DNA of 64,000 nucleotides from Eledone cirrhosa (lineage: Eukaryota). The translations under genes and the position numbers were made by a program. Below are positions 56,104-64,000 of the stretch, piece after piece (position 1 is the first letter of the stretch; every line of letters begins with the position of its first letter). The notes below the pieces were generated by a model. The model was not told the origin of the DNA, made no database searches, and was given only the letters and a program-made list of their open reading frames with translations. The stretch lies in the NCBI GenBank assembly GCA_964016885.1, contig OZ024748.1, positions 41,168,001 to 41,232,000 of the forward strand, written 5' to 3'.

Positions 56104-56875
56104 CTAGCATTAAATCCCGGCGTTGCTCGGGGTCAGTAAATTACCAAAGTTAGGTTGCACCACCCATTTTATGGCAGCACTTTTTTGTCTGCCAGGCACT
56201 GGGTGAATGAATCGCAGACCTGGACTGCCGAAGCAGGAGCTGCGCCAGCAGTGACAATTGTAGTTTCGCCTATGGATATCTCTGTGCAAAGAAGTGTTGA
56301 AATTTATTGTTTCACAGTACTTGCGCAACACGCGCGTAGACGATGCCAGCCGAACAACAGAGCTGCGATGGAGTTGTTCTGCATGGTTGTCTAATGTGTG
56401 TTTTCTAAATTTAAGACAGTAGGGAGCGGTGTGATATGGGGGAGAGTTAGCTGCTGTTTCTAGCAGGTTTAGTGACCTCATAGAGAATATTATTGTGTAT
56501 AATAAATGAACTGATACTTCTATGTTCCACGTTCGTTGATAGATGTTTTAAAAAAGATTTATCGCTATTTTTTTTTGTTGTTGAATAAATTTATCTGTTG
56601 CTTTTGAATATGGGGGGGAGTTAGCTGCTGTTTCTAGCAGGTTTAGTGACCTCATAGAGGATATGTTTTCTAAATTTAAGACAGTCGGGAGTGGTGTGAT
56701 ATGAGGGAGATTTAGCTGCTGTTTCTAGCAGGTTTAGTGACCTCATAGAGGATATTATTGTGTATAGTAAATGAACTGATACTTCTTTCTTCCACGTTCG
56801 TTGATAGATGTTTTCAAAAAGATTTATCGCTATTTTTTTTGTTGTTGAATAAATTTATCTGTTGCTTTTGAATAA
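56104..56875 (-). mobile_element. Helitron-like 3' end plus adjacent ~265-bp tandem duplication (5' limit uncertain)
   Basis: Minus strand CCCCGAGCAACGCCGGG...TGCTAG|T; 56400-56610 is duplicated at 56665-56875. Confidence 0.55.
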
Positions 56876-57222
56876 TTATTGTTTCGTATGAAATGTAATA
56901 AGTTCTCTTTGTCATTGACGTAAATAAATATTTGACCGTTCCACACTCAAAAACAAACGTTCTCTCTCTCTCTCTTAAAGTTTAAGGGGAGTAGAGAGAG
57001 GTAATCAGATTCTATTAGAGGGATAAAGCGTCATGTATTTAGTTTTATCGATTATTTCCGTAATTGTGGGTGAGTGTGAATGAAATAAATAGTCGTTGAC
57101 CTAAGTTAGACCATTTACAACATTCTTACAGACTTTGGGTCGAATCGATTTGAAATTGTGCAAATGTATAAACATGGAACATGCACACACACACCACCAC
57201 CACCACCACCACCACCACCACC

Positions 57223-57254
<32 letters not shown>

Positions 57255-57282
57255 CAACAACAATCTGCCGTTTATAGATAAT

Positions 57283-57652
57283 TGTTTCTATTTTAGGCAC
57301 AAGGCCAGCAATTACCCAGTGCATTACTGGTACTTTATTTTATCGACCCCGTAAAGATGAAAGGCAAAGCAAACCTCGGCGGGATTTGAACTCAGACCGT
57401 AAAGGGACGTAACTATGCTGGAAAGCATGGCGTCCGACTCTCTACCGATACTGCCAATCCACCACCTTTTATAGATAATGTTAAATAACTGGTTCTTCTT
57501 TTGGCACAAGGCCAGCAATTATCCCAGTGTATTACTGGTACTTTATTTTATCGACTCCGTAAGTATGAAAGACAAAGTTAAGCTCGGCGGGATTTGAACT
57601 GTCCGTAAAGGAACGTGACTCTGTGCTGCAAAGCATGGCGTCCGACCCTCTA
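57283..57652 (-). mobile_element. Two adjacent SINE family A copies
   Basis: Homology to family A; TTTATAGATAAT direct repeat flanks 57283-57467. Confidence 0.85.
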
Positions 57653-57694
57653 TCAGAAGTCGACCCTAAATATTACTAATAGCTCTAGGAAAGC

Positions 57695-58020
57695 TATGAA
57701 CGACACCACTTGGATTTTGAAAGTAGGTTTATAATTATCAATTTTCATTATACTTTTGTAGCTGTCTCGGTGGCCTAGTTGGAGGAATCATAGACGGTGG
57801 TGATCCTGGTCTGGAGTAGGGTTCCCGGTAAACCTTTTCAGTTTTTTCCTATTGGTTGTAAAATAAAAACTGAAAAAGGTTACATGTACCTCTTGACCAG
57901 GATTGAACCCAAGACTAGGATCTCCACCGTCTCTAGTACCTACCGCTAGGCTACAGAGACAACTACGAAAATCTTATAAACATACTTTCAAAACAAAGTG
58001 TTGTGGTGTAGTTCATGTCT
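57695..58020. repeat. Diverged foldback with tRNA-like arms
   Basis: GTAGCTGTCTC.GTGGCCTAG...AGACGGTGG.GATCCT.GTCT pairs with AGACTAGGATCTCCACCGTCT...CTAGGCTACAGAGACAACTAC; inner stem AACCTTTTCAGTTTTT/AAAAACTGAAAAAGGTT. Confidence 0.7.
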
Positions 58021-58044
58021 ATCTTAATGTTATTGCTACTACCT

Positions 58045-58106
<62 letters not shown>

Positions 58107-58110
<4 letters not shown>

Positions 58111-58475
58111 TGTTATACTTTGGGAGGGTCATGTTGCCAATAAGAAACACACGCACCAGTTGCTTTCACTTCAATTTAATTTAATATATATTTATAAATT
58201 TACAAATTTATAAATTTCTGGTTGGTTGGTTGGTTCCACAACCAGATAGTTGTTTATATATATATAGTCATAGTTCTTTCGTCACACACTCTGTGACCTC
58301 TTCAGTGACTGGGGATTTCTATCTGGGGACAACTATCTGGTTGTGGAACCAACCAACCAACCAGAAATTTATAAATTTGTAAATTTATAAATATATATTA
58401 AATTAAATTGAAGTGAAAGCAACTGGTGCGTGTGTTTCTTATTGGCAACATGACCCTCCCAAAGTATAACAATAT
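58107..58475. repeat. Foldback with 147-bp arms and a hammerhead-like motif (58266-58310, minus strand) in the loop
   Basis: Arms 58107-58253 and 58329-58475; minus strand AGTCA-CTGAAGA-GGTCACAGAGTGTGTGAC-GAAA-GAAC-TA-TGACT. Confidence 0.85.
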
Positions 58476-58529
58476 CGGTTTCAACACACGATTTCAGATA
58501 AAGAATCTTGCTAAACAAATTCAGAAACG

Positions 58530-58568
<39 letters not shown>

Positions 58569-58569
<1 letters not shown>

Positions 58570-59351
58570 TAGCCGAATTACCCGCGTCTTGCTGCGTTTT
58601 TTTTGTAAGAAAATGATGATTTTTGTTGTCATAATTCTAGTGATGTTTTGCCATAGATAACATGTTTAAATTAGCCAAATTTTACTATAAAAGAGATATT
58701 ATTGAAATTTGCTGAAATTTTGTGAATAGGCATCATATCTTGTCATTTACCTATGGTTTAAATTTCATATAAATCGAAGGAAAAATATTTCATCGGGGGT
58801 TTGTGCCCCCGGGGAACCCTTTGATTAAAATGAAATATACTTATCCAAGTACCCTGGGTAATGTAGTTTCAGAATATATATGGTTATGGAGGTCTATCTT
58901 CAAAACCATAGGAGGAGTTCGTGAACAAACAGGAAATACAACTTTATATACGAGGGCAATCCCAAAAGTAAGGTCTCTTTCCGATATTGCAACTTTTCCA
59001 TTAAAATCCTGTGGATGGTATTTCGGGAAACCTCAGGAACGAAAATGCAGAGAGCATCCAGAGTGATCCGCCGATCTTTACGCATGTTTTCCTCGGAAGG
59101 AGACCTTACTTTTGGGATTGCCCTCGTATATAATAACTGCGCGAAATTCGCACTTGGCAGTAGCGTTCAACGGGAGCTCCATTCTCAACGGCTGCCAGCC
59201 AAGATTGAGCATCCCAGCGAAGCGCGCGCATGCTTGTTTGGGAGTGAAGGAAGCACCAATCACAACAGTGTTGCCAACAGCCGTACGAACAGTTTCTCTG
59301 CGTCCCCATCGCTTTGGAGACCTTACTTTTGGGATTACCCTCGTATATAGA
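58569..59351 (-). mobile_element. Helitron-like element carrying a mariner insertion in its 5' TA run
   Basis: Minus strand TCTATA[mariner]TATATAAAGTTG start; CGCAGCAAGACGCGGG...GGCTAG|T end. Confidence 0.6.
58951..59343 (-). mobile_element. Internally deleted mariner element with three TIR copies
   Basis: TA-flanked ~27-bp TIR CGAGGG(C/T)AATCCCAAAAGTAAGGTCTC; transposase remnants MELPLNATAKCEFRAVI and RKDRRITLDAL...VSRNTIHRILMEKLQYRK (helix-turn-helix region). Confidence 0.85.
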
Positions 59352-59719
59352 TATATGCTTGTGTGACTGTGTCTATATATGTATGTTTGCATGCATGAAT
59401 ACACTAAACTTTAGATTTAGTAGAATGTACAACCACTGATTCCAGCTATTTACACTATCGTATATTTTGGTTTCTAGTAATTCCCTGGGGGATTGGTGAC
59501 CTAATGCTTTGCTTAATTGTTTTATTGATTTTTAAAACGTTATCCTTTCACTTAGATTTCAGGTTTTTTTTTTTTAAAGAAAGCATTGGCCCCTAAAATA
59601 CTACAGTGGACCCTGCAATGCTACTGTGGGCTCTTGAAATGCTACCGTGGGCCTCCTGGGGCCCACTTGCCATTGGGCAAGCTGGCAACCTGGCCAGTCC
59701 GCAACTGCATACACACACA

Positions 59720-62432
59720 ACAGTCCACTCTGTAAATTGTTAGTGCTGGTGTCACAATAAAATGTACCCTGTACAGTCTGTAAAGTGATAATGCTGGTGT
59801 CACAATAACATGTTCCCAGTACAGTGATAATGCTGCTGTCACAATAAAATGTACCCAGTCCACTCTGTAAAGTGATAATGCTGGTGTCACAATAACATGT
59901 TCCCAGTACAGTGATAATGCTGCTGTCACAATAAAATGTACCCAGTCCACTCTGTAAAGTGATAATGTTGGTGTCACAATAAAATGTACCCTGTACAGTC
60001 TGTAAAGTGATAATGTTGGTGTCACAATAAAATGTACCCAGTCCACTCTGTAAAGTGATAATGTTGGTGTCACAATAAAATGTACCCAGTCCACTCTGTA
60101 AAGTGATAATGTTGGTGTCACAATAAAATGTACCCAGTCCACTCTGTAAAGTGATAATGCTGGTGTCACAATAAAATGTACCCAGTCCACTCTGTAAAGT
60201 GATAATGTTGGTGTCACAATAAAATGTACCCAGTCCAATCTGTAAAGTGATAATGCTGGTGTCACAATAAAATGTACCCAGTCCACTCTGTAAAGTGATA
60301 ATGTTGGTGTCACAATAACATGTTCCCAGTACAGTGATAATGCTGGTGTCACAATAAAATGTACCCTGTACAGTCTGTAAAGTGATAATGCTGGTGTCAC
60401 AATAAAATGTACCCAGTCCACTCTGTAAACTGATAATGTTGGTCTCACAATAAAATGTACCCTGTACAGTCTGTAAAGTGATAATGTTGGTGTCACAATA
60501 AAATGTACCCTGTACAGTCTGTAAAGTGATAATGTTGGTGTCACAATAAAATGTACCCTGTACAATCTGTAAAGTGATAATGTTGGTGTCACAATAAAAT
60601 GTACCCAGTACAGTCTGTAAAGTGATAATGTTGGTGTCACAATAAAATGTACCCAGTCCACTCTGTAAAGTGATAATGTTGGTCTCACAATAAAATGTAC
60701 CCTGTACAGTCTGTAAAGTGATAATGTTGGTGTCACAATAAAATGTACCCAGTACAGTCTGTAAAGTGATAATGTTGGTGTCACAATAAAATGTACCCAG
60801 TCCACTCTGTAAAGTGATAATGTTGTTGTCACAATAAAATGTACCCAGTACAGTCTGTAAAGTGATAATGTTGGTGTCACAATAAAATGTACCCTGTACA
60901 GTCTGTAAAGTGATAATGCTGGTGTCACAATAAAATGTACCCAGTCCACTCTGTAAAGTGATAATGCTGCTGTCACAATAAAATGTACCCAGTCCACTCT
61001 GTAAAGTGATAATGTTGGTGTCACAATAAAATGTACCCTGTACAGTCTGTAAAGTGATAATGTTGGTGTCACAATAAAATGTACCCAGTCCACTCTGTAA
61101 AGTGATAATGTTGGTGTCACAATAAAATGTACCCAGTCCACTCTGTAAAGTGATAATGTTGGTGTCACAATAAAATGTACCCAGTCCACTCTGTAAAGTG
61201 ATAATGCTGGTGTCACAATAAAATGTACCCAGTCCACTCTGTAAAGTGATAATGTTGGTGTCACAATAAAATGTACCCAGTCCAATCTGTAAAGTGATAA
61301 TGCTGGTGTCACAATAAAATGTACCCAGTCCACTCTGTAAAGTGATAATGTTGGTGTCACAATAACATGTTCCCAGTACAGTGATAATGCTGGTGTCACA
61401 ATAAAATGTACCCAGTACAGTCTGTAAAGTGATAATGCTGGTGTCACAATAAAATGTACCCAGTCCACTCTGTAAAGTGATAATGTTGGTCTCACAATAA
61501 AATGTACCCTGTACAGTCTGTAAAGTGATAATGTTGGTGTCACAATAAAATGTACCCTGTACAGTCTGTAAAGTGATAATGTTGGTGTCACAATAAAATG
61601 TACCCTGTACAATCTGTAAAGTGATAATGTTGGTGTCACAATAAAATGTACCCAGTACAGTCTGTAAAGTGATAATGTTGGTGTCACAATAAAATGTACC
61701 CAGTCCATTCTGTAAAGTGATAATGTTGGTCTCACAATAAAATGTACCCTGTACAGTCTGTAAAGTGATAATGTTGGTGTCACAATAAAATGTACCCAGT
61801 ACAGTCTGTAAAGTGATAATGTTGGTGTCACAATAAAATGTACCCAGTCCACTCTGTAAAGTGATAATGTTGTTGTCACAATAAAATGTACCCAGTACAG
61901 TCTGTAAAGTGATAATGTTGGTGTCACAATAAAATGTACCCTGTACAGTCTGTAAAGTGATAATGCTGCTGTCACAATAAAATGTACCCAGTACAGTCTG
62001 TAAAGTGATAATGCTGGTGTCACAATAAAATGTACCCAGTACAGTCTGTAAAGTGATAATGCTGGTGTCACAATAAAATGTACCCAGTACAGTCTGTAAA
62101 GTGATAATGCTGGTGTCACAATAAAATGTACCCAGTACAGTCTGTAAAGTGATAATGCTGGTGTCACAATAAAATGTACCCAGTACAGTCTGTAAAGTGA
62201 TAATGTTGGTGTCACAATAACATGTTCCCAGTACAGTCTGTAAAGTGATAATGTTGGTGTCACAATAAAATGTACCTAGTCCACTCTGTAAAGTGATAAT
62301 GTTGGTGTCACAATAAAATGTACCCTGTACAGTCTGTAAAGTGATAATGCTGGTGTCACAATAAAATGTACCCAGTACAGTCTGTAAAGTGATAATGCTG
62401 GTGTCACAATAAAATGTACCCTGTACAGTCTG
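59720..62432. repeat. 48-bp minisatellite (~57 copies, with 39-bp variants)
   Basis: Minus-strand unit GGTACATTTTATTGTGACACCARCATTATCACTTTACAGA(CTGT/GTGG)ACTG. Confidence 0.97.
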
Positions 62433-62771
62433 TAGAATGATAATATTGGTGCCACGATTAAAATAAAAGCACCGAGTCCACGCTGTAAAATGGTTGGCAG
62501 CCGACTGTAGACACCAAGCCAAACAAGAACAGGACATGAACAGGACATAGTCATCTGCTGTGTCTAGTCTTTGATAATGGTAAACTATCCAACGAATGCC
62601 AGCATGGAAAACGGATGTAAAAATACTGATGTCGGGGTGGGGGGCCAGGTTGGTGGTGTGTAATATCAGAAAATAATTTGATTCCCACTGGAAATTCAAG
62701 AAAATCGACACTACCACTTCTATGTTGCTTAGTAATCTCTATAAAAACCACTAACCAACAAATAATAATAA

Positions 62772-63251
62772 TGGTTTCTACTTTTGGCAGGCACAAGGCC
62801 AGCAATGATCTCAGTGCATTACTGGTACTTTATTTTATCGACCCCATATATATATACTTTATTTTATCGACCCCCATATATATAACAAATAATAATAATT
62901 GTTTCTACTTTTGGCACAAATACCCAGTTCATTACTGGTACTTTATTTTATCGACCCCGTAACGGTGAAAGGCAAAGTTGGTTTCTGATTGAGGCACAAG
63001 GCCAACAATTTTGGAGAAAGGGGAAAGTCGATTAAATTGACCCCAGTGTGTGTGACTGGTACTTTATGGTTAATAATTGTTTCTACTTTTGGCACAAGGC
63101 CAGCAAATACCCAGTGCATTACTGGTACTTTATTTTATCGACCCCGTAAGGATGAAAGGCAAAGTTACCCTCGGCGGGATTTGAACTCAGAATGGCAAGG
63201 GCCGTAACTATGTGTCAAAGCATGGCGTCCGACTCTCTACCGATACTGCCA
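62772..63251 (-). mobile_element. Cluster of SINE family A fragments ending in a near-full-length copy (63078-63251)
   Basis: Repeated GTTTCTACTTTTGGCAC...ACTGGTACTTTATTTTATCGACCCC segments. Confidence 0.85.
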
Positions 63252-63389
63252 AAAAGATATTTATATAGTCAGATTGAAATCGCCATATTCGGTGTAATAA
63301 TTAAATGGAAAAAGAAGAAAAAAAAGGAAAAGGAAAGAAGAAAAGAAAAAAGAGAACGAAGCAAAGGGCGAGGGGGGGGGGGGTAGACT

Positions 63390-63865
63390 CTATACCCCAG
63401 TGTAAATGGTGATTTGGCAGTACCCCGCTGACAGAATGACGAAGGTATTAGCACAGACAATGGCTAGAGACACCTGCTGCAACAGCCACCCAGCCCCTGC
63501 ACTAAGCGGGTTGCTGTGTTTCCGATTTAACGGTGGAAATCGCTAGTGTGGGGACCGAGTTCACCCCGGGGTTCACAAATGGCGACCAGTACGAAAAAGA
63601 AGCGGTCGAACAAGACCCGGAATTTACTTATATTCTTCGCCTCTATATAGTGGGCGGCGATGCCAGGGATTGCGGCCGAAGGGACAAAGTTGGAGGCAGA
63701 GAATGATACACAATAAGTCGTGTCCCAGATTAGGGATTTACCTTCCTCGAATGGGAAGAAGGTTATTCCTTCGGGGCACTTATCAGTGTCACTGTCGAGG
63801 CCAGATGGTTCCAGTTGTGACTGGAAGCCGGCTGCGTCAGCGGGGCTCTTTTTGATGTCGTTCAT
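63390..63865 (-). mobile_element. CRE-like non-LTR retrotransposon, restriction-like endonuclease fragment
   Basis: LEPSGLDSDTDKCPEGITFFPFEEGKSLIWDTT...SAAIPGIAAHYIEAKNISKF...FFFVLVA...GELGP then WLLQQVSLAIV; matches the EP.GL...RPDG....W..GK...WD.T pattern. Confidence 0.8.
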
Positions 63866-64000
63866 AGCTGATTGTGGGTGTATGTGTGTGTGCTCGCATG
63901 TGTGTGTCTGTCTGTCTGTGTATATGTTTATATTTGTGTTTGTCTGTCTGTATATTGTATATGTGTGTATATATATATATATATTCTCCTGAACGAAACA

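Noticed and set aside
59601-62717. 1038-aa and 873-aa ORFs as real repeat proteins
   Set aside because: They are explained by a 48-bp stop-free unit open in two frames; there is no recognisable domain and no ATG start.

Overview
This is eukaryotic, AT-rich, repeat-dominated DNA; the SINE families and microsatellite style strongly suggest an octopus/cephalopod genome (inference). No intact protein-coding gene can be supported. Most ORF-track entries are translations of micro- or minisatellites. The window holds about 20 unrelated tandem arrays (the largest is 9.4 kb of 43/44-bp units). It also holds fragments of a Penelope-like element (GIY-YIG), CRE-like and RTE LINEs and a mariner, several non-autonomous Helitron-like elements, and many tRNA-derived SINEs. 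The most notable signal is a set of long palindromes/foldbacks, most carrying minimal type-I hammerhead ribozyme motifs, one family of which is linked to the Penelope-like terminal repeat. Several minisatellites appear to have been amplified directly from transposon sequence or from a candidate exon end. A few short candidate exons are speculative.
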